A DNA stretch of 56,171 nt from an uncultured Rhodospirillaceae bacterium (GCA_964462145.1 CAYWYB010000001.1:1-56171), one strand, 5' to 3'. Numbered from the stretch's first letter, positions 19,705 to 31,048 are shown. Translations and numbers: made by a program. The notes: generated by a model from the letters alone, not told the origin.

Positions 19705-19737
19705 GACAAAAACCCGTGCGACAAAACGTCGCACACG
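19705..19737 (-). terminator. Rho-independent terminator oriented on the minus strand, inside the tldD/ctaC spacer
   Basis: The minus strand reads GTGCGAC-GUUUU-GUCGCAC (7-bp stem, flanked by further partial pairing), followed by GGGUUUUUG. No annotated minus-strand gene lies upstream of it. Confidence 0.5.
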
Positions 19738-19858
19738 GTGCGGGCAGCCAATGGCGATGCGGCAATCTAATAGCCGCAAATGGCCACATAGATGCCATTT
19801 TCCCACTTTCAAGCCCCAATTAGGCTGAACAGTTTGTAATGGAATTCCCGGGCCTTGC

Positions 19859-19872
19859 CTTGACCAAGGTCA
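19859..19872. promoter_or_regulatory. FNR/FixK (CRP-family) type box TTGAC-CAAG-GTCAA
   Basis: A perfect dyad that fits TTGA-N6-TCAA, centred about 113 bp upstream of the ctaC ATG. A GATAAT -10-like hexamer lies at 19891-19896. Confidence 0.55.
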
Positions 19873-19978
19873 AGCAACAGGCTTGTTCCCTGATAATCCG
19901 TTGGGTTACATAGGGGTAACAAGAGTAATGGGGATTCTTCCCGGCGTGGAAATTTTTTATAAAGATCGAGGCATTAAA

Positions 19979-20845
19979 ATGACGGCTTGGCGAATTTTGG
20001 CCGCGCCAATGGCGCTGTTCGGCACTTTGGTGGCAAGCGTATCGGCACAGGCGGATCACGGCTTGGCGCATCCCTGGCAACTGGGGCTGCAGGCACCGGT
20101 TACACCGGTGGCGGAGCAACTCAATGATTTTCATAATATGCTGCTGGTCATCATCACCGTCATCGCGGTGTTCGTGACCCTGTTGTTGATCTATGTGTTT
20201 ATAAAGTTCAACGCCAAGGCAAACCCAACGCCGCGCACGACGACCCACAATACCTTGCTGGAAGTCCTGTGGACGGCGATCCCGATCCTGATCCTGGTTA
20301 TCATCGCCATTCCCTCGTTCAAGCTGCTGTATTACGCCGACAGCACCAAGGATGCGGAGATGACCATCAAGGCGGTTGGTCATCAGTGGTACTGGTCCTA
20401 TGAATACCCCGACAACGGCAACTTCACATTTGATGCCTCCATGCTGGAGGAAGAGGAGCTCAAGGATGGGCAGCCACGCTTGCTGGCCACCGACGAAGCC
20501 GTGGTCATTCCGGTCAACACCAACATTCGCCTGCTGATTGCCGCCGATGACGTGATCCATGCCTGGGCCATGCCGGCCTTCGGCGTCAAGCTGGATGGTG
20601 TGCCGGGCCGCCTGAACGAAACCTGGGTCCGGGTCGAAAAAGAAGGCACCTACTACGGCATGTGTTCAGAGCTGTGTGGCACCGGCCACGGCTTCATGCC
20701 GATCATGGTCAAGGTCGTCTCCAAGGAAGCCTTCGCGGCCTGGGCCGTCAAGGCCAAGGAAGAATACGCCTCCCTTGACGAGAAATCCGGCGTGAGACTG
20801 GCGGCTGCTGGCGGCCAAACTATAAAAACCGGGGCCGCGCAATAA
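19979..20845 (+). CDS. ctaC: Cytochrome c oxidase (aa3) subunit II
   Basis: It has the CuA motif CSELCGTGHGFMP, two TM helices and a signal-like N-terminus from the ATG at 19979 (MTAWRILAAP). Confidence 0.93.
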   Translation: MTAWRILAAPMALFGTLVASVSAQADHGLAHPWQLGLQAPVTPVAEQLNDFHNMLLVIITVIAVFVTLLLIYVFIKFNAKANPTPRTTTHNTLLEVLWTAIPILILVIIAIPSFKLLYYADSTKDAEMTIKAVGHQWYWSYEYPDNGNFTFDASMLEEEELKDGQPRLLATDEAVVIPVNTNIRLLIAADDVIHAWAMPAFGVKLDGVPGRLNETWVRVEKEGTYYGMCSELCGTGHGFMPIMVKVVSKEAFAAWAVKAKEEYASLDEKSGVRLAAAGGQTIKTGAAQ

Positions 20846-20934
20846 CCCCGAATTTTAGTATCCGGCGGGCAAGGCCAGTCAGAGCCTGATCAGGCCCGTC
20901 CATGGAAACGCTGTAAAAGAATACAGAGCGATAG

Positions 20935-22551
<1,617 letters not shown>

Positions 22552-22594
22552 TCGATGCCTAGTCGATGTGCGGCGGTAGAAGGAACAGAAACAG

Positions 22595-23518
22595 GTGAAT
22601 AGCGGCAACGTTGCCTATGCCCAAAGCACCCGGCGCCAAACTGGCGGCGCCCGGTTGCTGGACTATCTGGCGCTGTTGAAACCACGGGTGATGAGCCTGG
22701 TGGTCTTCACGGCCCTGGTTGGTCTGATGCTGGCGCCCGGCAGCATGGATATGGTGACCGCCGTGGCGGCCTTGATCTGCATTGCCGTCGGCGCGGGCGC
22801 ATCGGGTGCCGTCAACATGTGGTACGACGCCGATATCGACGGTCAGATGCTGCGCACCTGTGGCCGGCCCATTCCACGTGGTCATGTCAAGCCGCGCGCG
22901 GCGCTGGTCTTTGGCGCCGTGCTGTCCTTTGCCTCTGTTCTGGCCATGGGTGCTCTGGTCAATCTGCTATCGGCGGCGCTGTTGGCGCTGACCATCGGCT
23001 TTTATGTTTTCGTCTACACCATGTGGCTGAAGCGGCGGACACCGCAGAACATCGTCATCGGCGGCGCGGCCGGCGCCTTTCCGCCGATGATCGGCTGGGC
23101 CGCGGCCAGCGGCGATATCCCGCTGGCCTCCATTGCCTTGTTCGCGATTATCTTCTTTTGGACACCCCCACATTTTTGGGCCCTGGCGCTTTATCGGGCC
23201 GACGATTACCGCAACGTCGGCGTGCCCATGCTGCCCGTGGTGGCCGGCACGGCCGCGACCCGGCGGCAGATCCTGATTTATTCCCTGATCCTGTTCCCCA
23301 TTACGCTCAGCCCGGTCGCCTTGGGCGCCTGTGGCCTGATCTATGGCATTGGGGCGGCGTTGCTGGGTTTGATATTCCTGGCCTGCGCCATTCATGTCTG
23401 GCGTACCGGCGACGACAATGACAAGCCCGCGCGGCGTTTGTTCGGCTATTCCATATTTTATCTGTTCGCCCTGTTCGCGCTGATGCTGGGGGAACGCTTG
23501 ATGGGGATTGCCGTCTGA
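22595..23518 (+). CDS. ctaB: Protoheme IX farnesyltransferase (heme O synthase)
   Basis: 307 aa of the UbiA family, with NMWYDADID and TPPHFWALA motifs. GTG start. Confidence 0.93.
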   Translation: MNSGNVAYAQSTRRQTGGARLLDYLALLKPRVMSLVVFTALVGLMLAPGSMDMVTAVAALICIAVGAGASGAVNMWYDADIDGQMLRTCGRPIPRGHVKPRAALVFGAVLSFASVLAMGALVNLLSAALLALTIGFYVFVYTMWLKRRTPQNIVIGGAAGAFPPMIGWAAASGDIPLASIALFAIIFFWTPPHFWALALYRADDYRNVGVPMLPVVAGTAATRRQILIYSLILFPITLSPVALGACGLIYGIGAALLGLIFLACAIHVWRTGDDNDKPARRLFGYSIFYLFALFALMLGERLMGIAV

Positions 23519-23652
23519 TGCCGATCAGCAAGATGCATAAGCAACGGTTGGGCCGCAACCTGGCGGTGGCAGGAATTCTGATCGTCTGCATTGTGGCGGC
23601 ATTTTTTGTCACCCTGTACAACATGCAGGGCCAGACATGGAATGGCGGCTGA
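23518..23652 (+). CDS. Small (44 aa) single-TM protein between ctaB and ctaG
   Basis: Its ATG overlaps the ctaB stop (TGATG). The translation is [44 protein letters not shown], with one hydrophobic helix. It falls below the ORF-track size cut-off. Confidence 0.5.
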   Translation: MPISKMHKQRLGRNLAVAGILIVCIVAAFFVTLYNMQGQTWNGG

Positions 23653-23656
23653 TGCG

Positions 23657-24247
23657 ATGAACCCAATCTCCCGCAATAGGGCGCCCCGCAATAACAGGCG
23701 CATCCGGCTGACCGCCATGGTCGCCGCCAGCGTCGTTGTCGGCATGGTGGGCGCGGCTTATGCGGCGGTGCCGCTGTATCAGATGTTTTGCCAGGTTACC
23801 GGCTTTGGCGGCACCACGCAGGTTGCTGACGAGATGCCGGCGGCAGTGGGCGAACGGGTCATCACCGTGCGCTTCAACGCTGATACGGCGCGGGCCATGC
23901 CCTGGAAGTTTCAACCGCAACAGCGCGCCGTGACCCTGAAGGTGGGTGAGCAGGCCCTGGCGCTGTACGAAGCGGTCAATCCGACGGAACGGCGCATTGT
24001 CGGCACCTCGACCTTCAACGTGACGCCGCTCAAGGCCGGGCCGTATTTCAACAAGATCGAATGCTTTTGCTTTACCGAACAGGCGCTGGCGCCTGGGCAA
24101 AGCGTCGATATGCCGGTTTCCTTTTTTGTCGATCCGGAAATTTCCAACGATCCAAATCTGGATGACGTGAAGACCATAACCCTGTCCTATACCTTTTTCG
24201 AGGTGGCGGACGATATTGCAGATAACAAGAAAGTCGCCGCCAAATAG
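23657..24247 (+). CDS. ctaG: Cytochrome c oxidase assembly protein CtaG/Cox11
   Basis: It has an N-terminal TM segment and the Cox11 copper motif CFCF (IECFCFTEQ). The start is at 23642 or 23657. Confidence 0.9.
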   Translation: MNPISRNRAPRNNRRIRLTAMVAASVVVGMVGAAYAAVPLYQMFCQVTGFGGTTQVADEMPAAVGERVITVRFNADTARAMPWKFQPQQRAVTLKVGEQALALYEAVNPTERRIVGTSTFNVTPLKAGPYFNKIECFCFTEQALAPGQSVDMPVSFFVDPEISNDPNLDDVKTITLSYTFFEVADDIADNKKVAAK

Positions 24248-24281
24248 GCGGCTATGAAGTTGCTGGGAACGGAGTGAGAAA

Positions 24282-25094
24282 ATGGCTGATACGCACGCAA
24301 AAGGGCATGACTACCATCTGGTGGACCCCAGCCCATGGCCGGCCCTTGGCGCGCTGAGCGCACTGGTCCTGGCCTCGGGCTTTATCTGGTACATGCACGA
24401 GGGGCCGGTCTGGCTGACCGCGATCGGCTTCCTGATGGTGCTCTACACCATGTTTGTGTGGTGGCGCGATGTCATCAAGGAAGCCCATGTCGATGGCCAC
24501 CACACCCCCGTGGTACAACTGCATCTGCGCTTTGGCATGATCATGTTCATCGCCTCCGAGGTGATGTTCTTCATGGCCTGGTTCTGGGCTTATTTCAACG
24601 CCGCCCTGTACCCGACCGTGCAAATGGGCGGTGTCTGGCCGCCCGAGGGTATCCTGACCTTTGATCCCTGGCACCTGCCTCTGATCAACACCTTGATCCT
24701 GTTGACCTCGTCGACCACGGTGACCTGGGCTCATCACGCGGTGCGTGAAGGCAACACGAAAAGCGCCGTCCAGGGCCTGACCGTCACGGTGCTGTTGGGC
24801 GCCATCTTTACCTGCGTTCAGGCCTATGAATATGCCCATGCTTCTTTCGAGTTCACCTCGGGCATTTACGGCTCCACCTTCTTCATGGCCACGGGTTTCC
24901 ACGGTCTGCATGTGCTGATCGGCACCATCTTCCTGCTGGTCTGCCTGATCCGTACCGCCAAGGGCCACTTCAAGCCGGACCATCATTTCGGTCTGGAAGC
25001 GGCGGCCTGGTATTGGCATTTCGTTGATGTGGTCTGGCTGGTCCTGTTCTTCTTCATCTATGTCTGGGGCGCCGGGACCATGGCACCGCACTAG
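24282..25094 (+). CDS. ctaE: Cytochrome c oxidase subunit III
   Basis: 270 aa with typical subunit III motifs ([31 protein letters not shown]). Confidence 0.95.
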   Translation: MADTHAKGHDYHLVDPSPWPALGALSALVLASGFIWYMHEGPVWLTAIGFLMVLYTMFVWWRDVIKEAHVDGHHTPVVQLHLRFGMIMFIASEVMFFMAWFWAYFNAALYPTVQMGGVWPPEGILTFDPWHLPLINTLILLTSSTTVTWAHHAVREGNTKSAVQGLTVTVLLGAIFTCVQAYEYAHASFEFTSGIYGSTFFMATGFHGLHVLIGTIFLLVCLIRTAKGHFKPDHHFGLEAAAWYWHFVDVVWLVLFFFIYVWGAGTMAPH

Positions 25095-25104
25095 AACAAC
25101 TTCG

Positions 25105-25491
25105 ATGAACGACGACAAAAAGGGCGGCACCTCGGTGTCGCCCTTTCTCGCTGGGCTGTTGTGCCGTTGTCCCCGTTGCGGCAAGGGCAGGCTGTTTCAC
25201 GGCCTGCTGGATGTCAGAAGCGATTGCGAAAGCTGCGCGCTGGATTATTCGGCCCACGATGCAGGCGACGGACCGGCGGTTTTTGTCATTCTGATCGTCG
25301 GCGCCCTGGCCGTGGCCCTGGCATTCATCGTGGAGAACGCCTTTACGCCGCCGATCTGGGTTCATCTGATCTATCAGATCCCCTTTGTACTTGGCGCCTC
25401 AATCCTGCTATTGCGGCCCCTGAAGGCGACGCTGATCGCCTTGCAGTACCGCCACCATGTCGTTGGTTTTAATGATAGACCGTCTGAATAG
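25105..25491 (+). CDS. DUF983 family zinc-ribbon membrane protein
   Basis: From the ATG at 25105 it reads MNDDKKGG...CRCPRCGKGRLF...CESC, followed by two TM helices. It occupies the conserved position between ctaE and SURF1. Confidence 0.8.
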   Translation: MNDDKKGGTSVSPFLAGLLCRCPRCGKGRLFHGLLDVRSDCESCALDYSAHDAGDGPAVFVILIVGALAVALAFIVENAFTPPIWVHLIYQIPFVLGASILLLRPLKATLIALQYRHHVVGFNDRPSE

Positions 25492-25494
25492 CTG

Positions 25495-26193
25495 ATGCGC
25501 CGTCCCGGCCTTTGGTCCATATGCCTGACCCTGTTTGGTCTGATCCTGATGCTATCTCTTGGTATCTGGCAACTGCAGCGCATGGCCTGGAAAGATGCGC
25601 TGACAGCCGAAATGCAGGCCGGCCTGACGGCCGCCCCGGTGCGGCTTGATGGGCGATCGGACGATCTGGCGGCGCTGAATTACCGCCCCGTTCAGGTGCG
25701 CGGCAGGTTTCTGCACGACAGAGAGGCCTTTCTTGGCCCCCGCTCGCATCAAGGCCAGAGCGGCCTGCATGTCCTGACCCCCCTGCGCCTGGAAAGCGGT
25801 GCCACTATCCTGATCAACCGCGGCTGGATTCCCAACGGGCGCCGCGATCCCGCCAGCCGCGCCCAGGGTCAGCTACAGGGCCTAGTCGAGGTTCAAGGCA
25901 TTCTACGCAGCCAACTGAAACAGGGAACCTGGACGCCGGATTATGATGCCAAGGCGGATCTGTGGTTTTGGTATGATATCGTCGGCATCGCCAGGTCCCG
26001 TGATTTGAATCTACCAAAGGGCGTGGTGCAGGCGGACGGGCGGGCCAATCCCGGCGGCCTGCCCATTGGCGGTGTGGCGCAGCCCGCCCTGGTCAACAGT
26101 CATTTGCAATATGCGATCACCTGGTTTTCCCTTGCCGCCGTCCTGCTGGCGGTCTTTCTGCTGGCCCACCGCCGTGGAAGAGAAGCGACATGA
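25495..26193 (+). CDS. SURF1 family cytochrome oxidase biogenesis protein
   Basis: 232 aa with N- and C-terminal TM helices flanking a periplasmic domain (GIWQLQRMAWK..., NRGW, HLQYAITWF). Confidence 0.85.
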   Translation: MRRPGLWSICLTLFGLILMLSLGIWQLQRMAWKDALTAEMQAGLTAAPVRLDGRSDDLAALNYRPVQVRGRFLHDREAFLGPRSHQGQSGLHVLTPLRLESGATILINRGWIPNGRRDPASRAQGQLQGLVEVQGILRSQLKQGTWTPDYDAKADLWFWYDIVGIARSRDLNLPKGVVQADGRANPGGLPIGGVAQPALVNSHLQYAITWFSLAAVLLAVFLLAHRRGREAT

Positions 26194-27680
26194 GCAATGC
26201 CTATGAACAACTGACAGAGCGTTTCGCCCGCCTGGCCAATTTGCATGGTGCCTCCGCCGTCCTGCATTGGGACGCCGCCGCCATGATGCCAGCGGGCGGC
26301 GCCGGTGCCAGGGCCGAACAACTGGCGACCCTGTCCCTGTTGGGCCATGAAATGCTCTGTCAGGCGGAGGTCGCGGCGCTGCTGGAGCAAGCGGAAGAGC
26401 GGCGCGATGACCTGGGACCATGGCAGCAGGCCAATTTGCGTGAGATGCGCGCCAAATGGCGCCACGCGACCGCCCTGCCGGGTGATCTGGTAACGGCGTT
26501 GAGCCGCGCCGGATCGGCCTGTGAAATGATTTGGCGCACGGCGCGGGCGGAAGATGATTTTGCCTCCCTTGCACCCAGCCTGGCCGAGGTGGTCAATTTG
26601 GTTCGCCAGGCCGCCACCGCCAAGGGTGAAGCCTTTGGCTGTGCGCCCTATGATGCCCTGCTTTCGCAGTACGAGCCGGGCTTGGCCGCCGCCGATATCG
26701 ACCGCCATTTTGACGCCCTGGTGGATTTCCTGCCTGGCCTTCTGAACCAGGTTTTGGAGCGGCAACCCACGCCCCCGGCGGCACCTGAAGGCATGTCGGC
26801 GGCGGTTCAGGAAGCTATATCCAGGCGCCTGTTGGATGTCTTGGGTTTTGATTTCGAACATGGCCGCCTGGATGTTTCGTTGCATCCCTTTACGGGCGGC
26901 GTTGCCGATGACGTGCGCCTGACCACGCGCTATGACGAGGCCGACCCCCTGGGCAGTCTGTATCCCGCCTTGCACGAAGGCGGCCACGGCATGTACGAAC
27001 GCGGCCTGCCGGCGGCATGGCGGCTACAGCCCGTGGGCGGGGCCATGGGCATGGCCATGCACGAGAGCCAATCATTGCTGGTGGAGATGCAGGTCAGCCG
27101 GGGCGATGCCTTTCTGAGTTTCCTCTCACCGCTGTTGCGGCAGCTGGGCGGCGTCGCGGGCCCGGCCTGGGAGATGGAAGGGCTTGGCACTCGAGTGCGC
27201 CATGTGGCCCGCTCGCTGATCCGGGTCGAGGCGGACGAGGTGAGCTATCCCCTGCATATTATTCACCGCTATCGTCTGGAGCGCGCCCTGCTGGCCGGCG
27301 ATCTCGCGGTCACGGAACTGCCCGGTGCCTGGCGCGAGGGTATGCGGGGCTTGTTGGGCATTGAGGTGCCCAATGACCGCGACGGCTGTATGCAGGATAT
27401 CCATTGGATGGATGGCGCCTTTGGCTATTTTCCCACCTACACCCTGGGCGCCATGGCGGCGGCGCAATTGTTCCAAGCCGCCGAGGCCGCCTTGCCTGAC
27501 CTGGCGGATGATCTTGCCCGGGGCGACTTCAGCCGCCTGATGACATGGCTGGGCGAAAAGGTGCACAGCCAGGGTCGCCTGCACGGCAGTGCCGATGCTC
27601 TATTGACCGCCGCCACCGGCGCGCCGCTGGACGGTGCAATCTTTCGCCGCCACCTTGAAAAACGCTACCTGGACGACTAG
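26190..27680 (+). CDS. Carboxypeptidase M32 (Taq-type metallocarboxypeptidase)
   Basis: It has HPF (LHPFTGG), HExxH (HEGGHGMYE), HESQS and IRVEADE motifs plus GCMQDIHW. Confidence 0.9.
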   Translation: MSNAYEQLTERFARLANLHGASAVLHWDAAAMMPAGGAGARAEQLATLSLLGHEMLCQAEVAALLEQAEERRDDLGPWQQANLREMRAKWRHATALPGDLVTALSRAGSACEMIWRTARAEDDFASLAPSLAEVVNLVRQAATAKGEAFGCAPYDALLSQYEPGLAAADIDRHFDALVDFLPGLLNQVLERQPTPPAAPEGMSAAVQEAISRRLLDVLGFDFEHGRLDVSLHPFTGGVADDVRLTTRYDEADPLGSLYPALHEGGHGMYERGLPAAWRLQPVGGAMGMAMHESQSLLVEMQVSRGDAFLSFLSPLLRQLGGVAGPAWEMEGLGTRVRHVARSLIRVEADEVSYPLHIIHRYRLERALLAGDLAVTELPGAWREGMRGLLGIEVPNDRDGCMQDIHWMDGAFGYFPTYTLGAMAAAQLFQAAEAALPDLADDLARGDFSRLMTWLGEKVHSQGRLHGSADALLTAATGAPLDGAIFRRHLEKRYLDD

Positions 27681-27722
27681 GTTGGCGCGCCCGTATGACC
27701 GGGCCATTTGGAGAGCCGTACC

Positions 27723-29108
27723 GTGCAATATATTTCGACCCGTGGCCAAGCGCCCGACCTGGCGTTTTCGGACGTCCTGCTGACCGGGCTGGCCCGCGAC
27801 GGCGGCCTGTACGTGCCCGGCAGCTGGCCGCAATTGAGCCATGCCGATCTGAATGCCTTGGCGGGGCTGCCCTATGCCGAGGCCGCGGCACGGATCCTGC
27901 AGCCGTTCATGGCCGGGGTCGCGCCCGACGAATTGTTGGAGATGACCACGGCGGCCTATGCCGGTTTCGCGGATCCAGCCGTGGTGCCCTTGCGGCAACT
28001 GTCCGAGGGACAATGGTTGATGGAGCTGTTCCACGGCCCCACTCTGGCCTTCAAGGATTTGGCCATGCAGTTGCTGGGCCGTCTGTTCGACCGTGAATTG
28101 GCGGCAAGGCAACAGCGCATAACCATCGTTGGCGCCACGTCGGGCGATACCGGTTCCGCCGCGATCGAGGCGTGCCGGGATCGTGACGCCATCGACATCT
28201 TTATTCTGCATCCAGAGGGCCGGGTGTCCGAAGTACAGCGCCGGCAGATGACCACGGTGCTGTCGGACAACGTGCATAACATCGCCGTTCAAGGCACCTT
28301 CGATGATTGTCAGGCCTTGGTAAAGGGCGCCTTCAACGATCTGGCCTTTCGTGACGAGGTCGCCCTGTCGGCGGTGAATTCCATCAACTGGGCCCGCGTG
28401 GTGGCCCAGGTGGTCTATTACATCACCTCCGCCATCGCCGTCGGCGCGCCTGAAAAAGCGGTCAGTTTCGCCGTGCCCACGGGCAATTTCGGCTGTGTCT
28501 TCGCCGGCTATGGTGCCGCCAGGATGGGTCTGCCGATCGAGAAACTTATCGTCTCCACCAACCGCAACGACATTCTGTACCGCTTCTTTCAAACCGGCGC
28601 CTACCGCACGGACGAGGTTTTCGCCACGCAAAGTCCGTCCATGGATATTCAGGTCGCCAGTAATTTTGAACGGCTGCTGTTCGATCTGGCGGGCCGCGAT
28701 GGCGCTGTCATTCAGCGGCAAATGCAGGAATTGGAAGAGCACGGCGGCTTCGAAGTTTCGCAAGCTGCCTTGGCCCAGGCGCACGAACTGTTCCTCTCGC
28801 ACCGGGTGGACGAGGCGGCGACCACGGCCACCATCGCCGAGGTCTTCGAGGAAAGCGGTATTGTCATCGACCCACATACCGCCGTCGGCCTGCGCGCGGC
28901 CCGTGACTTGATGCCGGATGGTCCGGTGATCACCCTGGCCACGGCCCATCCGGCAAAATTTCCCGAGGCGGTGGAAAAGGCCTGCGGCCAGCGCCCCGCA
29001 TTGCCGGCGCATATGGCGGATCTATATGAACGGGAGGAGCGCTGCGCCGTTCTGCCCAATGACCTGGGCGTCTTGCAGGACCATATCCGCGGCCTGCGCC
29101 GCGCATAA
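27723..29108 (+). CDS. thrC: Threonine synthase
   Basis: VQYISTRG follows a GGAGAG Shine-Dalgarno, and the PLP lysine motif is present (GPTLAFKD). I prefer the GTG at 27723 over the TTG at 27708. Confidence 0.92.
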   Translation: MQYISTRGQAPDLAFSDVLLTGLARDGGLYVPGSWPQLSHADLNALAGLPYAEAAARILQPFMAGVAPDELLEMTTAAYAGFADPAVVPLRQLSEGQWLMELFHGPTLAFKDLAMQLLGRLFDRELAARQQRITIVGATSGDTGSAAIEACRDRDAIDIFILHPEGRVSEVQRRQMTTVLSDNVHNIAVQGTFDDCQALVKGAFNDLAFRDEVALSAVNSINWARVVAQVVYYITSAIAVGAPEKAVSFAVPTGNFGCVFAGYGAARMGLPIEKLIVSTNRNDILYRFFQTGAYRTDEVFATQSPSMDIQVASNFERLLFDLAGRDGAVIQRQMQELEEHGGFEVSQAALAQAHELFLSHRVDEAATTATIAEVFEESGIVIDPHTAVGLRAARDLMPDGPVITLATAHPAKFPEAVEKACGQRPALPAHMADLYEREERCAVLPNDLGVLQDHIRGLRRA

Positions 29109-29142
29109 TTAACCGTGCAAAATTAGGGGACTTGAAAACACC

Positions 29143-30396
29143 GTGACCGTGAAAATGACCACCCTGGCCAATGGCCTGCGGGTAATTTCCGAAGGCCGGG
29201 AAGGTCTGCAGACCACCGCCGTCGGCGTCTGGGTCGATGCCGGGGCCCGTTACGAGACCATCGCCAACAACGGCGTCGCCCATATGCTGGAGCATATGGC
29301 CTTCAAGGGTACGGAAAGCCGCAGCGCCCAGGAAATCGAGAGCGTTGGCGGCCACCTGAACGCCTATACCTCGCGCGAACATACAGCCTATTTCGTCCGT
29401 GTTCTGAAGGAAGATCTGGCTCTGAGTGTGGATATTCTGGCGGATATTCTGCAACGCTCCACATTTGCCGAGGAGGAACTGGAGCGCGAGCGCGCGGTGG
29501 TCATCCAGGAAATTGGCCAATCGGAAGATACCCCCGACGACATCATCTTTGACCGCCTGCAGGAAGTCTCGTTTCCCGATCAAGCCCTGGGCCGCTCGAT
29601 CCTGGGCCCGGTCGAGGGCGTCGCCAACATGGGCCGCGAGGTTCTGTTCGATTTCATGGGGCAGCATTACGCCGCCTCGCGCCTGTTGCTCTGTGCCGCC
29701 GGCGCGGTTGATCATGACGCTCTGGTCGCCTTGGCCGAACAGCACTTCGGCGACCTGCGCACCGGTGCGCACAATCCGTTCGAGACGGCGACCTTTCAGG
29801 GTGGCGAGCGGCGCGACGAGCGAGATCTGGAACAGGTTCATTTCGCCCTGGCCCTGCCGGCGCTGACCTATGACGATGACGATTTCTACCCCATGCAGGT
29901 GATGTCGACGGTGCTGGGCGGGGGCATGTCCTCTCGTTTGTTCCAGGAAGTACGTGAACGACGGGGCCTGTGTTATTCCATCTTCTGCTTTGCCTCGTCA
30001 TACAAGGACTGCGGCGCCTTTACCGTTTATGCCGGCACCGGGGCCGATCAGGTTGGCGAACTGGTGCCAGTGATTTGTGACGAAATGCTGCGTCTGCGGG
30101 GCGATGCGGCGGACGACGAGGTGGCCCGCGCCCGCAATCAGCTCAAGGCCGGAACATTGATGTCCCTGGAGAGCTCCGCCGCGCGGGTGGAACAGCTGGC
30201 CCGGCAGACCCTGGTTTTTGGCCGCCAGATCCCCATTGAGGAGCTGATCGCGAAGATCGATGCCGTCGATGTGGCGGCCGTCCGGAGGGTCGCCGAGCGC
30301 ATCACATCGATGGGCAGCCCCGCCGTCGCCGCGCTTGGTCCCATCGCGGGCCTTGCCAGCCAGGCCGAAATTGCGGCAAGGTTCGCCAAGGGCTAA
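29143..30396 (+). CDS. M16 family zinc peptidase (mitochondrial-processing-peptidase-like)
   Basis: It has the inverted zinc motif HxxEH (HMLEHMAFKGT) and a downstream REHTAY...E. 417 aa. Confidence 0.9.
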   Translation: MTVKMTTLANGLRVISEGREGLQTTAVGVWVDAGARYETIANNGVAHMLEHMAFKGTESRSAQEIESVGGHLNAYTSREHTAYFVRVLKEDLALSVDILADILQRSTFAEEELERERAVVIQEIGQSEDTPDDIIFDRLQEVSFPDQALGRSILGPVEGVANMGREVLFDFMGQHYAASRLLLCAAGAVDHDALVALAEQHFGDLRTGAHNPFETATFQGGERRDERDLEQVHFALALPALTYDDDDFYPMQVMSTVLGGGMSSRLFQEVRERRGLCYSIFCFASSYKDCGAFTVYAGTGADQVGELVPVICDEMLRLRGDAADDEVARARNQLKAGTLMSLESSAARVEQLARQTLVFGRQIPIEELIAKIDAVDVAAVRRVAERITSMGSPAVAALGPIAGLASQAEIAARFAKG

Positions 30397-30443
30397 TTCG
30401 TGCGGCCCAAAAACGGGTGGCGAAATCTTAATGGATCGGCAAC

Positions 30444-31034
30444 GTGTCTGCATTTCTGCGTAACCCACCATGGCTTGGCAGTCCGCCTACGCTGAAGGGC
30501 GCCCGGATTTATCTGCGCGCGCCGCAGTTGTCGGATTGGTCCGAGTGGGCCCGCCTGCGTGCCGCCTCGCGCGATTTTCTAACGCCGTGGGAGCCGACCT
30601 GGCTGGAGGACGAACTGACCCGTAACGCCTATCGCCGCCGCCTGCGCCGCTATTCCCGCGATGCCCGCGATGGCGTCGGTTACGCCTTTTTCGTTTTCCG
30701 CCGCGAGGACGACAGCCTGCTGGGCGGTATCACCTTGTCCAATGTGCGCCGCGGTGTCACCCAGTCCTGTTCCATGGGTTACTGGATGGGTCAGCAGTAT
30801 GCCGGCCAGGGCCTGATGCAGGATGCGGTCACCACATCGCTGTCCTTTGTCTTTGACGAGTTGGGGTTGCACCGGCTGGAAGCCGCCTGTCTGCCCCATA
30901 ACGAGGCCTCGACCACAGTGCTGCTGAAGACAGGTTTTCAGAAAGAGGGCCATGCGCGCAAGTATCTGCGCATCAATGGTAAGTGGAGCGACCATACCCT
31001 GTTCGCCATGCTGCAAAGCGACCGCAGAGACTAG
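30444..31034 (+). CDS. GNAT family N-acetyltransferase (RimJ/RimL-like)
   Basis: 196 aa with an acetyl-CoA-binding motif region (QQYAGQGLMQDAV) and the C-terminal pattern LHRLEAACLPHNEAS..LLKTGFQKEG. Confidence 0.85.
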   Translation: MSAFLRNPPWLGSPPTLKGARIYLRAPQLSDWSEWARLRAASRDFLTPWEPTWLEDELTRNAYRRRLRRYSRDARDGVGYAFFVFRREDDSLLGGITLSNVRRGVTQSCSMGYWMGQQYAGQGLMQDAVTTSLSFVFDELGLHRLEAACLPHNEASTTVLLKTGFQKEGHARKYLRINGKWSDHTLFAMLQSDRRD

Positions 31035-31048
31035 CTCCCGCGCCGGTG

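Noticed and set aside
19696-19797. A 33-aa Cys-containing minus-strand ORF (MASMWPF...CATFCRTGFCLS) and a 23-aa plus-strand ORF (19699..19770, MTDKNPCDKTSHTVRAANGDAAI) in the tldD/ctaC spacer.
   Set aside because: Neither has a well-spaced Shine-Dalgarno. The minus-strand ORF's stop lies beyond the terminator U-tract, so most transcripts would lack a stop codon. The region is treated as a candidate RNA element instead.
20884-20895. The 12-bp palindrome GCCTGATCAGGC between ctaC and ctaD.
   Set aside because: It is too short and has no loop, so it cannot form a stable hairpin. It has no flanking U-tract and is plausibly chance in GC-rich DNA.
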